From contig CACLQJ010000001.1 of assembly GCA_902609065.1 (NCBI GenBank), forward strand, positions 1-61,085: 61,085 bases of DNA, in the 5' to 3' direction. The position numbers and the translations under genes are program-made. Below, in pieces: positions 53,502 to 61,085 of this stretch (the first letter of the stretch is position 1; each line of letters starts with the position of its first letter). Origin of the DNA: an uncultured Pelagibacteraceae bacterium (GTDB lineage Bacteria; Pseudomonadota; Alphaproteobacteria; Pelagibacterales; Pelagibacteraceae). The notes below the pieces were generated by a model that saw only the letters and a list, made by a program, of their open reading frames with translations, made no database searches and was not told where the DNA came from.

Positions 53502-53840
53502 ATGAATTTAATTTCGGGTTATATTTTTTTATTTCTAGCAATTATTTTAGGAATTGCTGCTAATGGTTTTTTAAAAACCACTAATGGCTTTACAAATATT
53601 TATCCAACTATTTTTTGTGTGATCTCAATTATTTTATGTCTATTTTGCTTATCTAAAGCAATGAATATAATTCCAGTAGGTTTTACTTATGCAACATATG
53701 GAGGAATAACAATTACAGCAGTAACGATATTTGGTATTTTAAAATATAATCAATTGCCTAATATTTATGGAACTATAGGTATAGTTTTAATAATTATAGG
53801 TGTGATACTAGTGAATTATCTTGGAAAAGTAAGTTCTTAA
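53502..53840 (+). CDS. Small multidrug resistance (SMR/DMT) family membrane protein
   Basis: 112 aa with four TM helices; LK...GFT...P, LS.A...IP+G..YA and G+.LII.GV pattern. Confidence 0.85.
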   Translation: MNLISGYIFLFLAIILGIAANGFLKTTNGFTNIYPTIFCVISIILCLFCLSKAMNIIPVGFTYATYGGITITAVTIFGILKYNQLPNIYGTIGIVLIIIGVILVNYLGKVSS

Positions 53841-53879
53841 AAAAGTTTATGGCCGTGATAAATAATTAACACGACCACA
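53840..53879 (-). terminator. Probable terminator between the convergent SMR and PiT-like genes
   Basis: On the minus strand GTGGTCGTG pairs with CACGGCCAT (with G-U pairs) and is followed by AAACTTTTT. Confidence 0.55.
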
Positions 53880-53888
53880 AAAATATAT

Positions 53889-54854
53889 TTAAAACCAATT
53901 GTTTGGTATTATTACATAATGTATTGCAAGTACTATACCTACTGAAACAGTTAAGCCGAATACCATTTTTAGGAAATCTTTTCCAATTAATGGAAAGACA
54001 TAACCTAACTTATATTCTTTGTTCATGGTAGCTATAGCAAGTTCTCTTCCACATAATAAACCAACAAAAACCCATGTTGTAGACATAGGTAAATCGTTTA
54101 ATTCTTTAAAGTAGAATAAGACACCAGCATATATTACGTTAATAATTGTTGCTGATCTTGCATATCTAGTTCCTGTTTTTTCAAGAACAACTTTTTGAAT
54201 TGGTCCACCTTGAATGTAGAAAATATAGAATAATAGTGCTGTAAAGTAACCCATTACTATTAAAAGCAATGTTAAATCTAATTGTCTAGGTAGATACACA
54301 GCAATATTAGCCACGTCGTGAGATAACCAAACCCACCATAACCAACCAGAAGAAATCCAAACACTATTTCTCCAGAAGCCTACCCATTTTTCATCTACTT
54401 CATCAAATTTTTCATTAATGAATTTAGAAACAGCTATCCAGGCGACGTAAGCAACCATTGCTGCTAAACCATAGCCAACGACGCTTTTCATAAGCATTTT
54501 TTCGAGCACAACCGTTGAGGCAAATGCTGAAAGAACTAAGAAAGTAGTAGATACCGGTATTCCAATTCTTGTTAATAATAGTAAAATTGCAGGCGCTACT
54601 GCGTGATACCATTGAATTTCTTGATAAGGTATTCTATTTAATCTTCCATAAGAAATATCACCATCATACGAATACCAACCCCATGCTAACGCTATAATCA
54701 TAACAGCTGATGCAGATCCTGCGAGAGTATACCATTTAAACCACTTCTTCTTTGAAGCTATAAATGTACCAAGTGTTTGAATTGAGTCGTTAGCGATTAC
54801 GCTATACCCGGCAAAGGCAAACCCTATAACCGTGTAAATTAAAGTCATTTCCAT
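53889..54854 (-). CDS. PiT/PHO4-like inorganic anion (phosphate/sulfate) permease, divergent
   Basis: Polytopic membrane protein with internally repeated motifs ANDSIQT.GT / SHDVANI and GIPVSTT / LPMSTT resembling the two PHO4 signatures; strong AAAGGAG ribosome-binding site. Substrate is inferred. Confidence 0.65.
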   Translation of the reverse strand: MEMTLIYTVIGFAFAGYSVIANDSIQTLGTFIASKKKWFKWYTLAGSASAVMIIALAWGWYSYDGDISYGRLNRIPYQEIQWYHAVAPAILLLLTRIGIPVSTTFLVLSAFASTVVLEKMLMKSVVGYGLAAMVAYVAWIAVSKFINEKFDEVDEKWVGFWRNSVWISSGWLWWVWLSHDVANIAVYLPRQLDLTLLLIVMGYFTALLFYIFYIQGGPIQKVVLEKTGTRYARSATIINVIYAGVLFYFKELNDLPMSTTWVFVGLLCGRELAIATMNKEYKLGYVFPLIGKDFLKMVFGLTVSVGIVLAIHYVIIPNNWF

Positions 54855-55047
54855 TTTTTATCTCCTTTATATTATTGTTTTCGGTTCCTATCGATTCATG
54901 ACTTAAGATCTATGTAATGTGAGAGTAAAAAAAATTCTACAAAAGAATAAATTAATTTCAGAATCTGGGGATGGATTCGTCAACTAATAAACTATTAAAT
55001 ATTGATGTCTACATTTAAATATTTTTTATTTCTCAATAAAGTTGTAT

Positions 55048-55698
55048 TTATTTAATTAATTTCTTAATAAAATATACAGCAATAAGAGCTCCCAAAAATT
55101 CAGCTAAAATATATGTAGGCGTATTCAAATAATTAATTCCTGTAAAAGAATCAGTAAAAGTTCTAGCTATTGCAACAGCTGGATTTGCAAAAGATGTTGA
55201 TGATGTGAACCAATAACCAGCCATAATATATGTTGCAACACTGGCAGCTATTGTTATTTTGCCATCTTTTTGAGTAGCAAAAATAATAAAAATTAAACCA
55301 AAAGTAGCAATTATTTCAGATAAGAAAATATTAAAACCATCTCTATTTTTTGTCGATAACTCAAGAATATCGTGTTCAAAAAAAACATTAGCCAACATAA
55401 CACCTAGTAAACAACCAAGTATTTGGGCAGGAATATATATAATGAGAAGTTTTGCATTGATTTTTTTTCTTAAAAACATCGCTAAACTCACAAAAGGATT
55501 GAAATGTGCACCTGAAATATTTGCAAAAGCAGTTATTAAGACGAATAGGCCAGCACCAGTTGCGAGTGTATTAGCTGTTAATCTCAAAGCATTATCATTT
55601 GTGAGATTTTCAGCCATTATTCCAGACCCAACAATAACCATTACTAAAAAGCTACTTCCAATAAATTCACCTAAAAATATTTTGTTAGTATTTTTCAT
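55048..55698 (-). CDS. Aquaporin / MIP family channel, arsenic-resistance-associated (AqpS-like)
   Basis: EF.G, VGSGIMA..L, ISGAHFNPF and YWFTSSTSFANPAV..AR motifs; overlaps arsC. Confidence 0.88.
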   Translation of the reverse strand: MKNTNKIFLGEFIGSSFLVMVIVGSGIMAENLTNDNALRLTANTLATGAGLFVLITAFANISGAHFNPFVSLAMFLRKKINAKLLIIYIPAQILGCLLGVMLANVFFEHDILELSTKNRDGFNIFLSEIIATFGLIFIIFATQKDGKITIAASVATYIMAGYWFTSSTSFANPAVAIARTFTDSFTGINYLNTPTYILAEFLGALIAVYFIKKLIK

Positions 55699-56119
55699 TT
55701 AGAATCCAATTTTTAATTCTTTTATCAATATTATTAAAAGTATCAGTAATTATCTTAAATTTTTTATCCTCACTAGCGTCATTTAGTTTTATTACTGGAT
55801 CTTCAATATCCCAGTGTATGATTTGATTTTCCTTAGGCCAAATAGGACATACTTCATTATTTGCATTATTACATACAGTAATAACATGATCAATTTTGAT
55901 TTCTCCATTAACAAAAACATTAAAATTTTTGGATGAGTAATTTTGAAGATTGAAACCTTTATTATTTAAAAAATGTTTTATATCTTTGTTAATTTCTCCA
56001 GAAGGATTACTACCAGCACTATAGGCTTTGAATTTATCATTATATTTATTATTAACTAAAGACTCAGCTATGATACTTCTTGCAGAGTTTCCTGTACAAA
56101 CAAATAATATATTTTTCAC
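55685..56119 (-). CDS. arsC: Arsenate reductase, LMW-PTP fold (thioredoxin-coupled type)
   Basis: ILFVCTGNSARS P-loop, SAGS.P, VITVC..A..EVCP.WP with two resolving Cys, and HWDIEDP; GTG start. Confidence 0.88.
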   Translation of the reverse strand: MKNILFVCTGNSARSIIAESLVNNKYNDKFKAYSAGSNPSGEINKDIKHFLNNKGFNLQNYSSKNFNVFVNGEIKIDHVITVCNNANNEVCPIWPKENQIIHWDIEDPVIKLNDASEDKKFKIITDTFNNIDKRIKNWILNEKY

Positions 56120-56340
56120 TAAATAATAATCTTATAAATTCCTATTAAGAATAATGGTATTTGTAATCCAAAGTTAGTTAGTATTGCTTTATCTTTACTA
56201 ATAAATCCAGCGATAGTCCATCCAACAACTCCTAATCCGTGAAAGTATATATTTAAAGGATATATATTTAGGTTTGTTAATAGAATACCAACTAAAACTA
56301 GAAATGTGCTTATCCATTTAAGATACTTCTTAATAAACAT
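56119..56340 (-). CDS. Small hypothetical membrane protein (about 3 TM helices)
   Basis: 73 aa hydrophobic ORF (KW.ST..VL.G..LT..NIYP.N...W..AG....D.A) with an AAAGGA ribosome-binding site; its stop overlaps the arsC start (TAGTG). Confidence 0.75.
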   Translation of the reverse strand: MFIKKYLKWISTFLVLVGILLTNLNIYPLNIYFHGLGVVGWTIAGFISKDKAILTNFGLQIPLFLIGIYKIII

Positions 56341-56384
56341 ACGTTTTCCTTTCAGCTTGTTTTATTTTGATTTTAGATAATAAC

Positions 56385-56795
56385 TTATCTACACTTTTTA
56401 CATAATCCAAAGAACTCAAGATTGTATTTATTATACTTCATACCTGAATTGTCCTGAAAACCAGACAGATATTTAGATAATTTTGGGTTACTTATTTCAG
56501 TAACTTTTTCACAACCATCGCAGATAGAAAAGGCTGTTGCATTAGAAATTGTGCAATTAGAGTTTTTACAAGCTACAAAAGCATTTTTACTCTCAATTTT
56601 ATGTACTTTACCTATTTCAACAAGTCTATCTAAAGCTCTATAGACTTGAGGTGGAGCTTTTAGACCTTTCTTTTGAACATTAAATAGAATTGAGTATGCT
56701 TTTAAGGGCTGATTTGCTTTTTCAATATAATCTAAAACTATTTTTTGATTTTTTGATAAATATTCTCTCTTTTGAGCCATAATTTCTTTTATCAA
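56385..56795 (-). CDS. zur: Zinc uptake regulator, Fur family
   Basis: PLKAY.+L, PPQVYRAL..L...G.VHKIES.NAFVAC and two CxxC motifs; downstream of znuCB. Confidence 0.88.
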   Translation of the reverse strand: MIKEIMAQKREYLSKNQKIVLDYIEKANQPLKAYSILFNVQKKGLKAPPQVYRALDRLVEIGKVHKIESKNAFVACKNSNCTISNATAFSICDGCEKVTEISNPKLSKYLSGFQDNSGMKYNKYNLEFFGLCKKCR

Positions 56796-56802
56796 TGAAA
56801 AG

Positions 56803-57606
56803 TTAGCTTTTCAATTGAGAACTCCTTTTAATTTTAATTAATGATAAAACAAACAATATTAAACCAGCAGTTATAATTGATGGACCTGAGGGTGTATTTA
56901 TTTCTAATGAACTGAATAAACCTATTAATACAGACATTAAACCTGCAATAACTGAATAAATTACCATACCTTTTGGATTTGAAGATATATTTCTGGCAAT
57001 TGCAGCAGGCAAAATAAGCATTCCAGTTATTAATAATAATCCAACCATTTTAATTGAAATCGCAATAATTGCTGCAAGTAAAAGAGTAAATATAACTTTC
57101 ACTTTCTCTGGTTTCATTCCTTCTGCTTCTGCAAGTTCGTAATTAACCGTTGATGCAAAAAGTGGTTTATATATTAATTTTAAAACCAATAAAATTAATG
57201 CACCACCAAACCATACAATTATAATATCGTTTACATTCACAGCTAAAATATCTCCAAATAATAAACCCATTAAATCAAATCGAATTGTTGCTATTAATCC
57301 TATAACAACTAACCCAACTGCAAGAGAAGAGTGGGCAAGTAATCCTAATAAAGCATCAGTTGGTAAATTTGTTGTTTTCTCTAATTTAAGCAACATCAAA
57401 GCTACTAATGAGGAAATTATAAAAACAGACAATGCAATATTAATTTCCATAGTATATGCAATAGTAATTCCTAATAGAGCTGAATGAGCTAAAGTATCTC
57501 CAAAGAATGATAGTCTCCTCCACACAACAAAACAACCTAATGGTCCAGTAACAAGTGCCATGCCTATACCTACAAATAATGCTCTAATAAAAAAATCATC
57601 AAACAT
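56803..57606 (-). CDS. znuB: Zinc ABC transporter permease
   Basis: GPLG.FVVWRR+..FGDTLAH.ALLG, LFGDIL, VG.LLIT.+L..PA and P.GPSI motifs. Confidence 0.93.
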   Translation of the reverse strand: MFDDFFIRALFVGIGMALVTGPLGCFVVWRRLSFFGDTLAHSALLGITIAYTMEINIALSVFIISSLVALMLLKLEKTTNLPTDALLGLLAHSSLAVGLVVIGLIATIRFDLMGLLFGDILAVNVNDIIIVWFGGALILLVLKLIYKPLFASTVNYELAEAEGMKPEKVKVIFTLLLAAIIAISIKMVGLLLITGMLILPAAIARNISSNPKGMVIYSVIAGLMSVLIGLFSSLEINTPSGPSIITAGLILFVLSLIKIKRSSQLKS

Positions 57607-57608
57607 TT

Positions 57609-58355
57609 TTAATTTTCCTCAACAGATCCATCTACGCCGTGTTTATGGTCGTGTTTATGCTCGTAAATAGATAATATTTTTGAAACATCTTCACCAAATA
57701 ATTCTTGATATTTTTTATTATTAGCAACAGAAATAGGTGTACCTGAACAGCAGACATGACCATTAAGGCATACTACATGGTCGGTTTTAGACATAACAAC
57801 GTGTAAATTATGAGATATCAGTAAAATTCCACACTTCAAAGTTTCAGATATTTTTTTTATTAATTCATACAGTTCAATCTCTCCTGTGAAATCTACTCCC
57901 TGTACAGGTTCATCTAAAACTAATAAATCTGGTTTTTTTGCTAAAGCTCGTGCCATTAAAACTCTTTGAAATTCACCACCAGATAAACTTTTTAAATCAT
58001 TATTCAATAGGTGTTTTGCACCTGTAATTTCTAAAGCCTCATTTATTTCCTGGTCTTGTAAATCCGAAGTCAAATTCATAAAGTCAAATACTCTTAAAGG
58101 CAAAGTCCAATCAATTGAGATTTTCTGAGGAACATAAGCTATTTTTTTTGTAAATTTTTCAACTTTTCCGCTAATGTTTTTATATAAACCCAAAGCCATT
58201 TTGGCAGTAGTTGTTTTTCCAGACCCATTTGGACCTATCAATGTAATTATTTTACCCTTTTCTATTTCAAGGGAAACATCTTTAACCAACCATTTATTGT
58301 TTATAAAAACCCCGGCCTTTTCCATTTTTACTAATAAATTATCTGAACTTTTCAC
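57609..58355 (-). CDS. znuC: Zinc ABC transporter ATP-binding protein
   Basis: GPNGSGKTT, YVPQK, LSGGEFQRV, LDEP.QGVD, CLN.HVCC.G.P and C-terminal H.H.H.H; GTG start. Confidence 0.94.
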   Translation of the reverse strand: MKSSDNLLVKMEKAGVFINNKWLVKDVSLEIEKGKIITLIGPNGSGKTTTAKMALGLYKNISGKVEKFTKKIAYVPQKISIDWTLPLRVFDFMNLTSDLQDQEINEALEITGAKHLLNNDLKSLSGGEFQRVLMARALAKKPDLLVLDEPVQGVDFTGEIELYELIKKISETLKCGILLISHNLHVVMSKTDHVVCLNGHVCCSGTPISVANNKKYQELFGEDVSKILSIYEHKHDHKHGVDGSVEEN

Positions 58356-58363
58356 TATTAAAT

Positions 58364-58410
58364 CCTTGTATTATAACAATGTTATATTATAACATTGTTA
58401 TATTATAACA
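58364..58410. promoter_or_regulatory. Tandem Zur boxes in the divergent znuA/znuC promoter
   Basis: Palindrome TGTTATA-T-TATAACA occurs at 58380-58394 and 58396-58410, with a 12/15 copy at 58364-58378. It matches the Zur consensus core TGTTATA.TATAACA. Confidence 0.88.
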
Positions 58411-58430
58411 AATTTATAAGGAGATATTAT

Positions 58431-59450
58431 ATGAAAAAAATTTCTAAATCATTACTATTCGGTCCATTAGCAGGCATATTATTAATTTTGACACCTTTAA
58501 AAGCTGACATTAACGTTGTCACATCTATAAAACCTTTGCACTCATTAACTAGTTATATTATGGAGGGTGTCGGAGAACCAGATCTAATAATAGATGGTGT
58601 TGCTTCACCACATAATTTTCAAATAAAGCCATCTCACGCAAAAATGCTGCAAAAGGCTGATTTGGTTATTTGGGTAGGTGAGGATTTGGAGAGTTTTTTA
58701 CCTCCAGCTTTAAAAAGTATTCCACAAAATGCAGTCGTTTTTGAATTATTAGATCAAAGTGGATTAAAAAAATTAAAATTTAGAGAAAAAAATATTTTCG
58801 AAGGACACGATGATCACGATGAGCATGGACACGATGAACATGCAAAAAAAGAAGACGATCATGATGACCACGATGATGAAGAACACGCTAAAAAAGAAGA
58901 TGATCACGATGATCACGGACATGATGAACATGGACACGCACATGGTGAGTATGACCCACACATTTGGCTAGATCCATCAAATGCTAAAGTAATAGTTAAA
59001 AAAATAACAAATCAACTTAGCAAAATAGATAAAGATAATAGTTCTGTATATAAAGCTAATTCAAAAAAACTACTTAAAGATTTGGATGTTCTTATTAAAG
59101 AGATAAAAAACGAAATTAATAAAGATGCTAGCTTTGTTGTATTTCATGATGCATATCAATATTTTGAAAAAAGATTTGGTATCAATGTTATAGGCGCTTT
59201 AACAGTTAATCCAGATGTAATGCCAGGTGCAGAACAGTTATCTGAAATTAGAGAAGTTATAGAGCATGAAAAAGCTAAATGTATTTTTTCTGAACCACAG
59301 TTTAACCCAAATATCATAAACTCAATAGCAAGTGATACAGGAGTTAAAACAGGAGTTTTAGATCCACTTGGAGCTAATATAGACAAAGGTAAAGAAATGT
59401 ATTTTCAGCTTATAAAAGATATGTCTAGTTCATTAAAGGACTGTTCGTAA
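58431..59450 (+). CDS. znuA: Zinc ABC transporter substrate-binding protein
   Basis: Signal peptide, VVTSIKP+H, SPH....PS, His/Asp-rich loop, DPHIWL, FHDAY.YFE, F.EPQF and LDPLG motifs; AAGGAG ribosome-binding site before the ATG at 58431. Confidence 0.95.
   Translation: MKKISKSLLFGPLAGILLILTPLKADINVVTSIKPLHSLTSYIMEGVGEPDLIIDGVASPHNFQIKPSHAKMLQKADLVIWVGEDLESFLPPALKSIPQNAVVFELLDQSGLKKLKFREKNIFEGHDDHDEHGHDEHAKKEDDHDDHDDEEHAKKEDDHDDHGHDEHGHAHGEYDPHIWLDPSNAKVIVKKITNQLSKIDKDNSSVYKANSKKLLKDLDVLIKEIKNEINKDASFVVFHDAYQYFEKRFGINVIGALTVNPDVMPGAEQLSEIREVIEHEKAKCIFSEPQFNPNIINSIASDTGVKTGVLDPLGANIDKGKEMYFQLIKDMSSSLKDCS
58803..58946 (+). repeat. His/Asp-rich low-complexity loop of ZnuA with an internal duplication
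   Basis: EHAKKEDDHDDH is encoded twice, starting at 58836 and 58881 (45-bp period), within HDD/HGH repeats. Confidence 0.85.
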
Positions 59451-59457
59451 CTAAATT

Positions 59458-60234
59458 TTAATACATAACAAGTTCTATAGGGGTATGGTCAGATGGTTTC
59501 TCTTTGCCCCTTGGATATTTATTAATTTTAACATCTTTAACATTCTTAATAAGTGAGTTCGACACTAAGAAATGATCTATTCTCATCCCATTATTTTTTT
59601 GCCACGCACCTCTCATATAATCCCAAAATGTATAACCTTCTGTATCTGGATAAAGATATCTATAAGCATCATTAAAGCCTAAGTTTAAAATTTCTCTAAA
59701 TTTTTTTCTAATTTCTAATCTATATAGTGCGTCATCTTCAAAACCTTTATAGTTGTAAACATCTTCTGCTGCAGGAATAACATTAAAATCTCCACCAATA
59801 ATAATATTTTGATTTTTTTTTAAACTTAGTTTAAGTAATTTAATAAAACTATCTAACCAATTCTTTTTATATGTATATTTATCAGTATCAACAGGATTAC
59901 CGTTAGGTATATAAACATTAATTAAATGGATAATTTTTTTTTTGTAATTTAGTTCAGAGGAGATAATTCTTGATTGTTTATTTTTATCTTTAATAATGTC
60001 ATTCTTAATATTCTTAACTTTTTCTTTTGATAATATTGCAACTCCATTATAACTTTTCTGTCCAAAAACATAACTCTCATAACCTAGAGATTTTATTTCA
60101 TCATATGGATAAGTTTTGTCTTCAGTTTTGATTTCTTGAATTAAAACAATATCAGGGGAAAATTTTTTAAGATATTCTTTTATGTTTTCTAATCTTGCTC
60201 TTACAGAATTTACATTCCACGAGCTGACGATCAT
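59458..60234 (-). CDS. xth: Exodeoxyribonuclease III
   Basis: SWNVNSVRAR, QEIK, GQKSYNGVA, Y.PNG, GDFN, YTFWDY, G.RIDH and PSDH.P motifs. Start placed at the ATG at 60234. Confidence 0.96.
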   Translation of the reverse strand: MIVSSWNVNSVRARLENIKEYLKKFSPDIVLIQEIKTEDKTYPYDEIKSLGYESYVFGQKSYNGVAILSKEKVKNIKNDIIKDKNKQSRIISSELNYKKKIIHLINVYIPNGNPVDTDKYTYKKNWLDSFIKLLKLSLKKNQNIIIGGDFNVIPAAEDVYNYKGFEDDALYRLEIRKKFREILNLGFNDAYRYLYPDTEGYTFWDYMRGAWQKNNGMRIDHFLVSNSLIKNVKDVKINKYPRGKEKPSDHTPIELVMY

Positions 60235-60551
60235 TAAAGTGAGAAAGAAACCCCACAACCACATGACGATTTGGTTTGTGGATTATTAATTTTAAAGGAC
60301 TCACCAATAAGCTCCTCTACATAATCAATTTCTGAACCTTTGAGCATATCGGCTGATTGTTGATCAATTAGTATATTATTTTCAATTAAATCATCATCAT
60401 TTGGTTTAAAATCATATGAAAAATCGTATTGAAATCCTGAGCAGCCACCACCTTTAATTGCGATTCTAAAAAAAGAGCCTTTATCTTTTTTAGAGAGTAA
60501 AAAGTTTATCTGTTTTATCGCTTTATCGGTAAATTTAATTTCTTTAATCAT
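60234..60551 (-). CDS. erpA: Iron-sulfur cluster insertion protein (HesB/IscA/ErpA family)
   Basis: GGGCSGFQY and NP....CGCG.SF motifs; xth-erpA-dgt synteny. Confidence 0.88.
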   Translation of the reverse strand: MIKEIKFTDKAIKQINFLLSKKDKGSFFRIAIKGGGCSGFQYDFSYDFKPNDDDLIENNILIDQQSADMLKGSEIDYVEELIGESFKINNPQTKSSCGCGVSFSL

Positions 60552-60601
60552 AATTTAACACTGCTATTACTAATATAGTTAATTATTTTAACTTTTAAAG
60601 T

Positions 60602-61085
60602 ATGAAAAATTACACAAAACTTGGTTTATTTAAATGCAAAGGTCGTCTATTTGCTGAGCCAAAAAATAAATTCAGATCTGATTTTCAAAGAGATAGAGAT
60701 AGAATTATACATAGTAGCGCTTTCAGGAGGCTAAAACATAAAACACAAGTTTTTGTTAATACAATAGGCGACCATTATAGAACTAGATTGACACATTCTC
60801 TTGAGGTAGCTCAAATAGCTAGATCAATTAGTAGATATCTTGGTCTAAATGATGATTTAGCAGAAACTTTATCTTTGGCACATGATCTCGGACATCCTCC
60901 ATTTGGACATGCTGGTGAACATATATTAAATGAATGTATGCAAAAAAATGGAGGATTTGATCATAATATACAAACTTTGAGAATTGTTATGAGATTGGAG
61001 AATAAATATTTAAACTTTAATGGTTTAAATTTAACTATAGATACCTTAGACGGCTTGATTAAACATAATGGTCCTATTAAAAATG
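60602..61085 (+). CDS. dgt: Deoxyguanosinetriphosphate triphosphohydrolase (dGTPase), 3'-truncated by window edge
   Basis: Not in the ORF track. From the ATG at 60602 it reads ...[27 protein letters not shown]...[18 protein letters not shown]...[15 protein letters not shown]. Confidence 0.95.
   Translation, partial: MKNYTKLGLFKCKGRLFAEPKNKFRSDFQRDRDRIIHSSAFRRLKHKTQVFVNTIGDHYRTRLTHSLEVAQIARSISRYLGLNDDLAETLSLAHDLGHPPFGHAGEHILNECMQKNGGFDHNIQTLRIVMRLENKYLNFNGLNLTIDTLDGLIKHNGPIKN

Noticed and set aside
54961-54982. Resemblance of CGAATCC..CCCCAG (minus strand) to a tRNA 3' end or att site
   Set aside because: The spacing is wrong, there is no GTTC T-loop or CCA, and it matches none of the tRNAs in the window.
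58773-58961. Hydrophobic 62-aa antisense ORF resembling a membrane peptide
   Set aside because: It is the reverse complement of the ZnuA His/Asp codon repeats.
60602-61085. dGTPase as an anti-phage defence gene
   Set aside because: It sits in the core xth-erpA-dgt context and looks like the housekeeping enzyme.
1-61085. CRISPR arrays, IS elements, prophage genes, rRNA and CtrA boxes
   Set aside because: I saw no repeat-spacer arrays, transposases, phage genes or rRNA. TTAA-N7-TTAA-like matches are uninformative at this AT content.

Overview
This 61-kb window is a very AT-rich, tightly packed stretch of alphaproteobacterial core chromosome, with many 1-4 nt start/stop overlaps. Composition, gene content and gene order fit Pelagibacterales (SAR11); that assignment is an inference. 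It runs from a partial coaX through rnj, proS, lolE/D, dnaE, the rpsB-tsf-frr-uppS-cdsA-dxr-bamA-lpx cluster, gltX, lexA, the trp genes, tpiA-secG-pyrG-kdsA-eno, lipA, ispDF, ntrYX-trkAH, a general amino-acid ABC transporter, three tRNAs and valS-ilvD-manC-SMR. It then reaches an accessory-looking block (PiT-like permease, aquaporin, arsC, small membrane protein) attached to zur-znuBC/znuA, and ends in xth, erpA and a partial dGTPase. I found no integrase, transposase, prophage gene, CRISPR array or rRNA. The best leads are the ArsR-less arsenate module behind the Zur operon and beside a PiT-like permease, several proteins with lost domains or residues (PAS-less NtrY, Glu-less SMR, shortened ManC, degenerate TrkH filter), a shared extra N-terminal module on both amino-acid permeases, and regular multi-site LexA and Zur operators. 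Nothing here proves a wholly new system.
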